Source: Myxococcota bacterium
GTDB taxonomy: Bacteria; Myxococcota_A; UBA9160; UBA4427
Direction: 5' to 3'
Length of the DNA stretch: 64,000 bases
NCBI GenBank assembly: GCA_965250285.1
Contig: OZ252299.1
Coordinates: 192,001 to 256,000 of the forward strand
Shown: positions 48,565 through 57,246 of the stretch, in pieces
Layout: each line of letters opens with the position of its first letter
Numbering within the stretch: position 1 is the stretch's first letter
The notes under the pieces: model-generated
Database searches by the model: none
Told to the model about the DNA's origin: nothing
What the model saw: the letters and a program-made list of their open reading frames with translations, nothing else
Position numbers and translations under genes: made by a program

Positions 48565-49077
48565 GTGTCGCCGCTGCGACTCAGCGTGATCCGCCACGCG
48601 AAGTCGAGCTGGAGCGACCCCGAGCTCGCCGATCACGATCGTCCGCTCAACAAGCGCGGACGTCGCGATGCACCCCGGATGGGTGAGCGCCTGCACGCTC
48701 GCGGATTCGCGCCCGACATCATCTTCACCAGCACGGCGCTGCGCGCACGGCTCACCGCCGACGCGATCGTTTCGGCCTGCGGGCTCGAATCGCGGGTGCG
48801 GGCACGGCGGGCGCTCTATCACGCCGAACCCGAAGAGATCCTCGACGTCGTCGAGGCGGGCGCAGCCGCGGCGGGGTCGCGACACGTCGCGATCGTCGGG
48901 CACAACCCCGGCTGCACCGAGCTCGTGGTGTGGCTCACGGGTGCCGACCTCGACAACCTGCCGACGTGTGGGGTGGCGACGGTGCGCATCGACGGCGAGC
49001 GCTACGCCGATGCGCGCAGAGGCGCGGGGCACCTCGAATCACTCGAGACGCCGAAGAACGATCCGCAACGCGCCTGA
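48565..49077 (+). CDS. sixA: SixA-like histidine phosphatase
   Basis: IRHAKSSW...DHDRPLNKRG, STALRA, VGHNP. Confidence 0.85.
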   Translation: MSPLRLSVIRHAKSSWSDPELADHDRPLNKRGRRDAPRMGERLHARGFAPDIIFTSTALRARLTADAIVSACGLESRVRARRALYHAEPEEILDVVEAGAAAAGSRHVAIVGHNPGCTELVVWLTGADLDNLPTCGVATVRIDGERYADARRGAGHLESLETPKNDPQRA

Positions 49078-49093
49078 TGCGGGCGCGGTGAGA

Positions 49094-50218
49094 TCAGTCC
49101 TGGATGAAGCCGTAGAGCCGACCCGCGGTCTCGCAGAAGATCTTGCGGCGCTTCTCGGCCGACACGCCCTGGGCCATCGAGTTGATCAGGTAGCGCGAGT
49201 GCGGCCAGTCGGTGATGTGGTGCGGAAAATCGCTGCACCACATCATCGAGTCGACACCGACCGCGTCGCAGTTCTGGATGCCGAACTGGTCGTTCACGAC
49301 GCCGACCTTGCAGTTGCGCTCGTAGTACTCGCTCGGGAGCATGCTGAGGTTGACCTCGCACCAGTACCGGTTGCGCTTGTAGCGGTCGTCGATCTCCTGC
49401 TTGAAGAACGGCACCCAGCCGGCGCCGACCTCGCCGCCCACGACCGTCAAGCCGGGATAGCGCTCGAACACCTCGTTGAAGATCAGCTCGGCGAAGAGCG
49501 TGGGCATGCGGCTCATGGTCGTCGCGAACATCACGAGCTGCGGTGCGCCGCCCTTCTTGGCGGCGACGCGCTTCGTCTGATGCGTGGGGGGCGTGAGGCC
49601 GATGTGCACGTGGATCGGCATCTGCAGCTCTTCGGCGACCGCCCAGAATGCATCGTCTTCGCGCGAGAGCAGCGCTTCGCCCGAGGGCCAGGTGCCGAGG
49701 CCGACGCCGACCGCACCGTTCGCCTTCGCCCGGCGGAGCTCGGTGACGCAGTCTTCGACGCCCGTGGCCGGCATCTGGTAGATCGCGCCGAGCTGCTCGG
49801 GACGGTGGTTCGTCCAGTCGGTGATGAAGTCGTTGTACGCGCGCATGCCGGCGTACGAGAACTCGGTGTCTTCGAGCTTCTGCTGGATGAAGTAGATCAT
49901 CGTGCGCTGGGGCGGGAAGAAGACCGCGGCATCGACGCCGTCCTGGGCCATCAGCTCGAGGCGCGCCTTCGGATCCATGATGCCCGGGTGCATGTCCTCG
50001 TAGCGGACACCCGTCCACTTGAGCGTGCGCGGCGTCTGATTCATTGCGGCCACGAGACCGAGCGACTCGACCGCGCCGCCGAGATTCCACGCGTCGCCGC
50101 CGTCCTCGTCCTTCACGAGCTTCGGCGCCTTCGCCTTGAACTTCGACGGGATGTACTTCTCCCACATGTCCGGGGGTTCGATGACGTGCTGGTCGCAGTC
50201 GATGATCCGGTAGTCCAT
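49094..50218 (-). CDS. Amidohydrolase family protein (amidohydro_2-like)
   Basis: IIDCDQHVIEPP, IHVHIG, VFERYPGL..V..E.GAGW, MWCSDFPH; AGGAG RBS. Confidence 0.92.
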   Translation of the reverse strand: MDYRIIDCDQHVIEPPDMWEKYIPSKFKAKAPKLVKDEDGGDAWNLGGAVESLGLVAAMNQTPRTLKWTGVRYEDMHPGIMDPKARLELMAQDGVDAAVFFPPQRTMIYFIQQKLEDTEFSYAGMRAYNDFITDWTNHRPEQLGAIYQMPATGVEDCVTELRRAKANGAVGVGLGTWPSGEALLSREDDAFWAVAEELQMPIHVHIGLTPPTHQTKRVAAKKGGAPQLVMFATTMSRMPTLFAELIFNEVFERYPGLTVVGGEVGAGWVPFFKQEIDDRYKRNRYWCEVNLSMLPSEYYERNCKVGVVNDQFGIQNCDAVGVDSMMWCSDFPHHITDWPHSRYLINSMAQGVSAEKRRKIFCETAGRLYGFIQD

Positions 50219-50353
50219 GTCGGGTTCTCCTGTGTGGTCGGGCCGACGAGGTGAGCGGCGGCTCGGGCGCAGCCGGGTGAGGAGCGGCGGGGGCGCGTGC
50301 GTGCCGAGCGCTGGATCGCTCTGCGTCCCCCTCGGAGCCCTCCGCAGCGCGAT

Positions 50354-50376
50354 TTGACGATTCGTCAATTCTAGCA
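50354..50376 (-). promoter_or_regulatory. Extended -10 element abutting a 7-1-7 palindromic operator
   Basis: TTGACGA-T-TCGTCAA at 50354-50368; minus strand TGcTAGAAT at 50376-50368. Confidence 0.6.
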
Positions 50377-50475
50377 CGGGCATCGGCGGAACGGGCGCTG
50401 AGCTGCATCTGGATCAGCGGAGGACACTTCAGCGCGTCGCCTGCGGGGCAGATGCCCTGCGGTATGCGGAGCGGA

Positions 50476-52650
50476 TCAAGCGGTCGGCGCGTCACTCGGC
50501 GTGACGCGCACCGGGACGCCGTTGAACACGGCGTTGCCCGTCACCGGCTCGATCTCGGCGTCGTCGGTCAACGCGTTGCAGCTCACCCCGGGTCGCTCGC
50601 TCGCCACCGAGAGCCGCATGCCGGGGCGGTCGTGGCCCCAGCCGTGGGGCACGCTCACGACGCCGGGCGTCAGGTCGTCGCGCAGCTCGAGCGTGGCTTC
50701 GAGGGCGCCGACGCGGCTCTCGACGCGCACGCGGTCGCCCTCGCCGAGGCCGCGCTGGGTGGCGTCGTCGGCGTGCATCCACACCGTGCAGCGGTCGCGC
50801 CCCTTCGCCGACATGCGCGTGTTGTGGAGCCAGCTGTTGTTCGTGCGCACGTCGCGGCGTCCGATGAGCCACAGAGAGTCGCCCGAGAGCCTGGGCGGTG
50901 GCTCTGCGGCGAGGCGGCGCAGCGCCTCGAGCATCGTCGGGTGCGCGAGATCGATCGTGCCCGCCGCTGTGTCGAGCACTTCGCGGCCCCGCGGCGCGAG
51001 CGGGCCGAGGTCGATGCCGTGAGGGGCGGCTTCGAGGTCGGCCAGGCGAAGCCCCTTGCGCCACGGGCGAAAGCCGTCGCCGTAGGGGCCGGCGCGCAGC
51101 GCGAGGTCGAGCACGCGCCGCGGTGTCGGCCAGGTGCGCAGCGCGCCGAGGAGCGGCGTGAGGGCGCGCCTTGGCCCCTGCGCCTTGCGGGCCGCGATGC
51201 GCCAGGCGAGCTCGATCAGGATCTCCCAGTCGTGCTTTGCTCCGGGTTCGGGTTCGATGACCGGCGGCGAGAAGCGCGCCGTGTTGCGCACCGCGAAGCC
51301 GTGAAAGAGCACCTCGTAGTTCTCGTGCTCGAGCGACCACGTCGGCGGCAGGATCAGATCGGCGTGGCGCGTGGTCTCGTTCAGATAGAAGTCGACCGAC
51401 ACCTGGTAGTCGAGCGAGGCGAGCGCGGCGTCGACGGCGTTCGAGTTGGGCGCCGAGAGCGCGGGGTTGCCCGCGATCGTGATGAGACCGCGCACCTGGC
51501 CTTCGCCGGGCGTCGTGATCTCCTCGGCGAAGCACGACATCGGCTGCTCGCCGTTGAACTCGGGGGCGCCTCGCACGCGGGTGCGCCACTCGCCGCGGCT
51601 CCCGAGCGCGCCGCGGGCCCGGGCGAGGCCGGGCAGGTCGACGGCCGGCTGCGGGAAGAGGGCGCCGCCTTCGTGGTCGAGGTTGCCCGTCACGATGTTG
51701 AGCACGTCGACCAGCCAGCTCGCGAGCGTGCCCTCGCGTTGGGTACAGGTGCCGATGCGGCCGTAGCAGACGGCACGTTCGGCCCCGGCGAATCGCCGGG
51801 CGAGGTCGCGGATGCTCGGAGCGTCGAGGTCGAGCGGTTCGGCGACCTGCTCGGGTGCGAACGGTTCGAGATGGCGCGCGAGTGCGTCGAGCCCCTGGGC
51901 GAACGCAGCCGCGCCCCGTGCTCGACCGAGGCCCTCGCTCAGCACCGTGTGGATCAGCGCGCCGAGCAGCAGCGCGTCGTGCCCGGGGGCGATCGCGATG
52001 TGCTGGTCGGCGATCTCGGCGGTCTCGCTGCGGCGCGGATCGACGACCACGAGCGTGCCGCCGCGTTCGCGCAAAGCCCGAGCCCGGCGCTTGAAGCCCG
52101 GCGCCGACATCAAGCTGCCGCCCGAGACCACCGGGTTCGCTCCGAGCATCAGCATGAAGTCGGTGCGATCGACGTCGGGGATCGGAATGCGCAGCCAGTT
52201 GCCGTAGAGGAAGAAGCTCGACGCATGCTTCGGGTTCTGGTCGAGCGAGCTCGCGCTGTAGCGGTTGCGCGTCGAGAGCGCCTGGAAGAGCGGCACCAGG
52301 TACATGACGATCCCGAACACGTGCGCACCCGGGTTGCCGAGATACGAAGCCACGGCGTCGTCACCGTACTCGAGCTGGATCTCGGCGAGCCGTGTCGCGG
52401 CCTCGTCGAGCGCTTCTTCCCAGTCGATCACCTGCCAGCCGCGATCGGTCCGCCGCATGGGGCGGGTCAGGCGGTCGGGGTCTTCCTGGATCTCCTTGAG
52501 CGCGATGGCCTTGGGACAGATGTGGCCCTGCGAGAGCGGATCTCGTTCGTCGGCCTCGATGCGCTCGACCCGGCCATCGCGCACCGTGATCTGCAGCCCG
52601 CACATGGCTTCGCAGAGATTGCAGGTCTTCGGGACGACTCGGGTGGGCAT
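50476..52650 (-). CDS. Molybdopterin (bis-MGD) oxidoreductase with N-terminal 4Fe-4S motif
   Basis: CNLCEAMCG...HICPK, DPDRL..P, VVDPRRSETA, DFYLNETT..ADLILP, NNSWLHN, PHGWG. Confidence 0.93.
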   Translation of the reverse strand: MPTRVVPKTCNLCEAMCGLQITVRDGRVERIEADERDPLSQGHICPKAIALKEIQEDPDRLTRPMRRTDRGWQVIDWEEALDEAATRLAEIQLEYGDDAVASYLGNPGAHVFGIVMYLVPLFQALSTRNRYSASSLDQNPKHASSFFLYGNWLRIPIPDVDRTDFMLMLGANPVVSGGSLMSAPGFKRRARALRERGGTLVVVDPRRSETAEIADQHIAIAPGHDALLLGALIHTVLSEGLGRARGAAAFAQGLDALARHLEPFAPEQVAEPLDLDAPSIRDLARRFAGAERAVCYGRIGTCTQREGTLASWLVDVLNIVTGNLDHEGGALFPQPAVDLPGLARARGALGSRGEWRTRVRGAPEFNGEQPMSCFAEEITTPGEGQVRGLITIAGNPALSAPNSNAVDAALASLDYQVSVDFYLNETTRHADLILPPTWSLEHENYEVLFHGFAVRNTARFSPPVIEPEPGAKHDWEILIELAWRIAARKAQGPRRALTPLLGALRTWPTPRRVLDLALRAGPYGDGFRPWRKGLRLADLEAAPHGIDLGPLAPRGREVLDTAAGTIDLAHPTMLEALRRLAAEPPPRLSGDSLWLIGRRDVRTNNSWLHNTRMSAKGRDRCTVWMHADDATQRGLGEGDRVRVESRVGALEATLELRDDLTPGVVSVPHGWGHDRPGMRLSVASERPGVSCNALTDDAEIEPVTGNAVFNGVPVRVTPSDAPTA

Positions 52651-52822
52651 GCTGGGCCTTCGCGTGCGGCTCTCGAACCGGAGAGGCTAGCCGTAGCCTC
52701 GCGCGGGCGGGGAGGGTGGGGTGGGGGCCCGATGCGGGCCGTGTCGCGCCCGTTCGGCCCTCGGCGGCAACGAGGGCTCGCCTCGATTGCCCGTGGTGGC
52801 CACCGTGCTCAGACGTCGGCGA

Positions 52823-54226
52823 TCAGGAGCGGCGCTGGTTCGAGCTCGAACGCGTGAGGTCGATCGCCTGATCCAGCTTCTGCAGCAGCGGTCCATCCGT
52901 CTCGCCGGCCGCGGAGCCCGATGCGTCGCTGCGATGATCGCCGAGGGTCTCCACCAGATCGGGCTGGATGCGACACGCCTCGTCGAGGTGGCGTGATGCC
53001 TTGGCGGTGTTGCCTTCGAGCGTCGCGATGCGTGCGCCCGTGAGGTGCGCAGGGAAGAAGTTGGGATCGCAGCGCAGCGCCTTCTCGAGTGCGCCCGATG
53101 CCTCGTCGAGCCGGCCGAGCGCGACGTAGCTGTTGGCGAGCACCGTGGCCCAGGGCGCGATGCCCTTGAAGGCCGGGCTCAGGTGGAGTGCATCCTCGAG
53201 GCAAGCCGCGCTCTCTTCGTATCGTCCCAGGCCGGCGAGCCCGGCACCGAGGGCCGCGCGTGCCTGGGCGTTGCTCGGATTGTGTTCGACGGCCCGGTCG
53301 AGGAGCGGGATGCCCTTCTCGTACTGGTGCAGGTCGCAGTACGCACAACCGACGAACCCGAGCACCTCGGACGAGCGATCGTCGAGCTCGATCGCCTTCT
53401 GGCAGATCTCGAACACCTTCTGCTTGAAGGCGTCGGTCCGCTCGAAGAAGCCGAAGACCGATCCGAGCGCGAAGAGCAGCGCCATGAGTCCATAGGCCTC
53501 GGCGAAGTCGGGCGTGCGGGCCGTCGCGCGCTCGAGCATGGCAATGGCCTTCTCGTACGTCGCCTTGTGATGTCCCTCGGCGAACAACAGCCCCTGGGCC
53601 TGCAGGAGCAGGTCGCGCGACTCGCGGCTGCGGGGCCGATTCTTTGCTCGCCCGACCTCGGTGCGGACGATCTCGAGACCGAGGTGGGACGCGACGCGCT
53701 GGGCCACACGCACCGAGAGCTCGTGCTCGTCGGCTGCCGGCACATCGAGCGCCTCGCTCCAGATCAGCCGCTGGCTCTCGGTGTCGATGAGATGAGTCGT
53801 CACCCGATAGCCGTCGTCGTTGCGTCGCACCTCGCCCTCGACCACGTACTGCACGTCGAGCGTCAGGCGGGCATCCTGGGGCGTGCCGCCCCCCAACGCG
53901 TAGCCCTGGGCCGCGTTCGTCGAGATCACTTCGCAGCCGTCGCTGCGCGCGAGCAGCGTGGCCAGCTCGCGTTGCAGCAGCTCTGACTCGGTCCTTGCGT
54001 CGGGTGAGTCGTCGGCCGCGTCGAAGGGGAGGACCGCGATGCGCGGAAGGGCCGAGCGGGGAGGGGGAGCCGTGGACGGAGCGGCGAGACCCGTGCCTGC
54101 ACGGAGCCGTCGCATCGGCCGAAGCAACGCCGGAAAGATGGCCAGGATCGCGAAGAGGGCGGCGAAGCCCGAGAGCAGCGACTCGTTCTCGGTCACCCAG
54201 GTCGTGATCTGACTGATCGTGTCCAA
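52823..54226 (-). CDS. Membrane-anchored TolB-N-like plus TPR-repeat protein
   Basis: N-terminal TM helix; PRIAVLPF...YVVEGEVR...LID...IWSE; several TPRs. Confidence 0.85.
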   Translation of the reverse strand: MDTISQITTWVTENESLLSGFAALFAILAIFPALLRPMRRLRAGTGLAAPSTAPPPRSALPRIAVLPFDAADDSPDARTESELLQRELATLLARSDGCEVISTNAAQGYALGGGTPQDARLTLDVQYVVEGEVRRNDDGYRVTTHLIDTESQRLIWSEALDVPAADEHELSVRVAQRVASHLGLEIVRTEVGRAKNRPRSRESRDLLLQAQGLLFAEGHHKATYEKAIAMLERATARTPDFAEAYGLMALLFALGSVFGFFERTDAFKQKVFEICQKAIELDDRSSEVLGFVGCAYCDLHQYEKGIPLLDRAVEHNPSNAQARAALGAGLAGLGRYEESAACLEDALHLSPAFKGIAPWATVLANSYVALGRLDEASGALEKALRCDPNFFPAHLTGARIATLEGNTAKASRHLDEACRIQPDLVETLGDHRSDASGSAAGETDGPLLQKLDQAIDLTRSSSNQRRS

Positions 54227-54407
54227 CCTTCGACTCTCCGCGTCTCAGGGCCCGAGCATGAATATAAGGGGTCCCAGGGGATGCCGCCGATCACCCGTCG
54301 ATGGCCGGAATGGAGTCGCCGGGGCGTGGCGTGGCTCAGCGCAGCACTCGGACGCGTTTCATGTAGCCGCGCTCTGGGGTGAGCATCCAGTCCTGAACGG
54401 CATAGCC

Positions 54408-55025
54408 CTACGCTGCGGCCGCCACCTGAGCCAATACGCGCGCCTGCTCGGGCTCGCGAACGACGCCGAGGAGTACGATGGTCGAGCCGACGAAATCGAC
54501 CTCGACCCGCGACGCGACGATGTCGCGGTCGGCGAGCAGGCGCGCCTGAATCTCTGCGGAGGCCTCCAGCTGGCTGGTGAGTGATGCACGCTCGTCTGCA
54601 GAGCCCCCCGGCTCGCTTGCGGCGGGGCCCCCCGTCGCGCCCTCGTGCGCCGCGTCTTCTTCGCCGGGATCGGTATTCTTGTCGGCGATGGGCAGGTAGA
54701 AGTCGATCGAGCGCAGACCGACCACGGTCCGAGCTGCTGCCTCGACCGCGTCGCGCTCATGGGCCGAGAGCACGTCACCTACCACGAACCCTCGCTCCAT
54801 GTAGACGTGCGGCCGTACGGCGAAGGTCTTCGATGGGACTCGGGCGAACAGCGCACGGCGCAGTTCGCTGTCGAGCGCGCGGTCGCGGGTCTGCGCAGCC
54901 GCGCTCAGCTCGCTGTGACTCGCACGCACGATTGCGCGCCACGGGCGGGCTCGGCACCCCGCGGTCGCCAGAGCGAGTGCGAGCAACAAGAGCAGGACGA
55001 ATCGACGCCGGACGAAAGACTGCAT
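54408..55025 (-). CDS. Double BON-domain lipoprotein (second BON apparently truncated)
   Basis: RRR-hydrophobic-TAGC lipobox; two BON-like repeats; TAG at 54408-54410. Confidence 0.75.
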   Translation of the reverse strand: MQSFVRRRFVLLLLLALALATAGCRARPWRAIVRASHSELSAAAQTRDRALDSELRRALFARVPSKTFAVRPHVYMERGFVVGDVLSAHERDAVEAAARTVVGLRSIDFYLPIADKNTDPGEEDAAHEGATGGPAASEPGGSADERASLTSQLEASAEIQARLLADRDIVASRVEVDFVGSTIVLLGVVREPEQARVLAQVAAAA

Positions 55026-55241
55026 CTCACCTCGAGAGGTCCACGACGCTCGAGTGCCGTGGCGGCGCGAGTGTAGAGCGCGCGGGGACGCCGGCGATCC
55101 CGAACTCGAGTCGCCGTGCGGCGAACGGGGTGAGCGCATCAGAGGCGCCCGGATCGGCCGCCGCGCCTCGCTCCGCCGGGTAGTGGGCGCGCGCAGCGGC
55201 CGCCCCGGTCGCGTCCCGGCGTCCCGGCTCGGAGGGGTCGC

Positions 55242-55865
55242 TCAGCCGGGGCGCAGCTCGGCGGCGACCCAGTAGCGACCGGCGCCGTACTCGATGGTTG
55301 CGCCGGGCCGCCGCAGCAGCTCCGCGCCGAGTGGCGTCACGTGGAAGGACGCCAGCCAGCGCTCGAGCGCCCGGCGGAGGGTCGGCCAGAGCGTCGCGCC
55401 GTCGCCGAAGTCGCAGACGATGACTGCACCGCCCGGTGCGAGCTGGTCGAGGGCGTGGTCGATGGCCGTATCGGGTCGTTCGACCATCGAGAGGCAATAC
55501 GAGAACAGGACGCGATCGGGGGCGGCACCCAGCAGCGTGCGGTAGTCGGCGTTCTCGGCAAACCCGTCCATCAGCTGCACGCCGGGCAGGCGCTCGGCCG
55601 CGCGCTGCCGCATGACGCTGGACGGTTCGACGCCCCCGAATCGGGCTTCGGGCCGAAGGCCGCGGAGCACGTCGAGGTTGCGGCCCGTGCCGGGTCCGAT
55701 CTCGACGAGCCGCTCCCAGTCGGGATCGTCGGCGAGTCGACGCAGCGTCTCGTCGCGTCCGAGCAGGTAGTAGCGGCGCGTCACGTCGTAGATCGGCGCC
55801 GACCAGCCGTAGTAGCGGTCGAGGAACGCGCGCTGGGCCTCGAAGGCCTCACTCGCTGCGCTCAT
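55242..55865 (-). CDS. btaB: SAM-dependent N-methyltransferase of betaine lipid (DGTS) synthesis
   Basis: YY.W...IYDVTRRYYLLGRD, EIGPGTGRNL, FSYCLSM, CDFG, WLASFHV; overlaps btaA. Confidence 0.85.
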   Translation of the reverse strand: MSAASEAFEAQRAFLDRYYGWSAPIYDVTRRYYLLGRDETLRRLADDPDWERLVEIGPGTGRNLDVLRGLRPEARFGGVEPSSVMRQRAAERLPGVQLMDGFAENADYRTLLGAAPDRVLFSYCLSMVERPDTAIDHALDQLAPGGAVIVCDFGDGATLWPTLRRALERWLASFHVTPLGAELLRRPGATIEYGAGRYWVAAELRPG

Positions 55866-57010
55866 GCGTGGATCCGGTAGAAGTCGACGCGTCGGTACAG
55901 AGCGCTGCGATCGAGGTGGGTTGCCTCATCGCTCTCCGCGTCCATGCGAACGAGGTGGTCGCCGTAGCCGAGCGACTCCACCACGGGTTCCCGGGCGACC
56001 GAGCGCACGAGCATGACGCCGCCCTCGCGTCCGGTGCGCAGCACCTCGTCGAAGAGTCGCTTCTTCGTCGGCCCCGACATCCAGTCGGGGGCATCGCAGA
56101 AGCTGAAGTGACTCCAGGTGTTCGGGCCGGCCTCGCCGAGGACGTCGAACAGATTCCCGAGGTGGAAACGGGTCTCGGTCGGCGACTCGAGGCTGCGTTC
56201 GTGATGCGCTCGGCGGAGGTAGGGTGGTACCGCCTGCGGGTCTTCGTGGTTGAACGCGCCCGTCACGATGTACCAGGCGAACCAGTTGCGCGCGAGGTCG
56301 GTCTCGGCCAGCCGGTACATCGTCTTCTTGAACGCCGCCATCACGCTGTCGCCCGGATCGTCGAGCTCTTCGTCGAGATAGCGATCGCGCTGCTGACTGT
56401 TGACGCCGAGCGAGAAGTACTGGAGCGGCGAGCCCATGAACGCACGGAACCAGGGACGCTCGAGCACCGGCGCAATCCACTCATCGATCGCCTCGATCCG
56501 CTTGGCGAGGGGCAGCTCGACGACGCCACGGAACCACGCCGCGTCGACGCCACACTGGTCGCGGAAGAACGCGAGCATGCGCGCCGTCAGGCCGGTGCGA
56601 TAGAGCGATCGTTCGAAGAGGTCGTGATTGCGCTTCCAATGGCGCTGCATCCAGCGCGGAAGGCCGTCGGCGAGATCGCGCACGATCTTCTCAGGGGTCG
56701 GATGCCAGCCCCGGCCGAACAGATCGTAGAAGTCGCCGTACGAGCGCATTCGCCGGGCTGCGGTGGCCTTGAGCGCAGCCAGCGCGAGGTGGTGGCGATT
56801 GATGTCGACTGCGTCGATGCGTCGCGGGTGCGCGCCCAACATCCCCGCAACGCCGCAACCAGCGGCCGAGATGGCCAGCACGCTCGACTCCGTGTCGAGG
56901 CCCATGTGCCGCTCGTCGAGCTCGGCGTCCTCCCAGAGCATGTTGTAGACGAACACGTGCGCGAAGGTGTGCTGAAAGGCGCGGTCCTTCAGCTGCATGT
57001 CGAAGTTCAC
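55862..57010 (-). CDS. btaA: DUF3419 / SAM:diacylglycerol 3-amino-3-carboxypropyltransferase
   Basis: VYNMLWED...D, ISAAGC, AVDIN..HL.L..LK, NWFAW, PPYL, DAPDWM, DRSALY. Confidence 0.88.
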   Translation of the reverse strand: MNFDMQLKDRAFQHTFAHVFVYNMLWEDAELDERHMGLDTESSVLAISAAGCGVAGMLGAHPRRIDAVDINRHHLALAALKATAARRMRSYGDFYDLFGRGWHPTPEKIVRDLADGLPRWMQRHWKRNHDLFERSLYRTGLTARMLAFFRDQCGVDAAWFRGVVELPLAKRIEAIDEWIAPVLERPWFRAFMGSPLQYFSLGVNSQQRDRYLDEELDDPGDSVMAAFKKTMYRLAETDLARNWFAWYIVTGAFNHEDPQAVPPYLRRAHHERSLESPTETRFHLGNLFDVLGEAGPNTWSHFSFCDAPDWMSGPTKKRLFDEVLRTGREGGVMLVRSVAREPVVESLGYGDHLVRMDAESDEATHLDRSALYRRVDFYRIHA

Positions 57011-57017
57011 CTCGGCC

Positions 57018-57042
57018 GTCGGCGCGGCGGAGCGCCGTTTGA
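57018..57042 (-). promoter_or_regulatory. Possible sigma28 promoter (weaker match)
   Basis: Minus strand TCAAA-N14-GCCGAC just upstream of btaA. Confidence 0.35.
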
Positions 57043-57246
57043 GGTTCGGGCGGGCAGCCTGGGGGAGGCAGCGCGAGGGTACGCGATGGCAGCGGCCCCG
57101 AATCGCTGCGTGGCCGAGCCGCAGCGGACTTCACGCATTGTTGGTCGAGTCGCGACACGACCGCCACGGATCACGGCGTCGACACCGAGGTGTGCACCTT
57201 CGTCACAGGGAGGTCATCGGTTTCGCGCTCGAAGGCGCGCACGCGG

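Noticed and set aside
54265..54291. TAAG-N17-GCCGAT sigma28-like motif on the + strand
   Set aside because: Spacing is too long and no plus-strand gene lies downstream.
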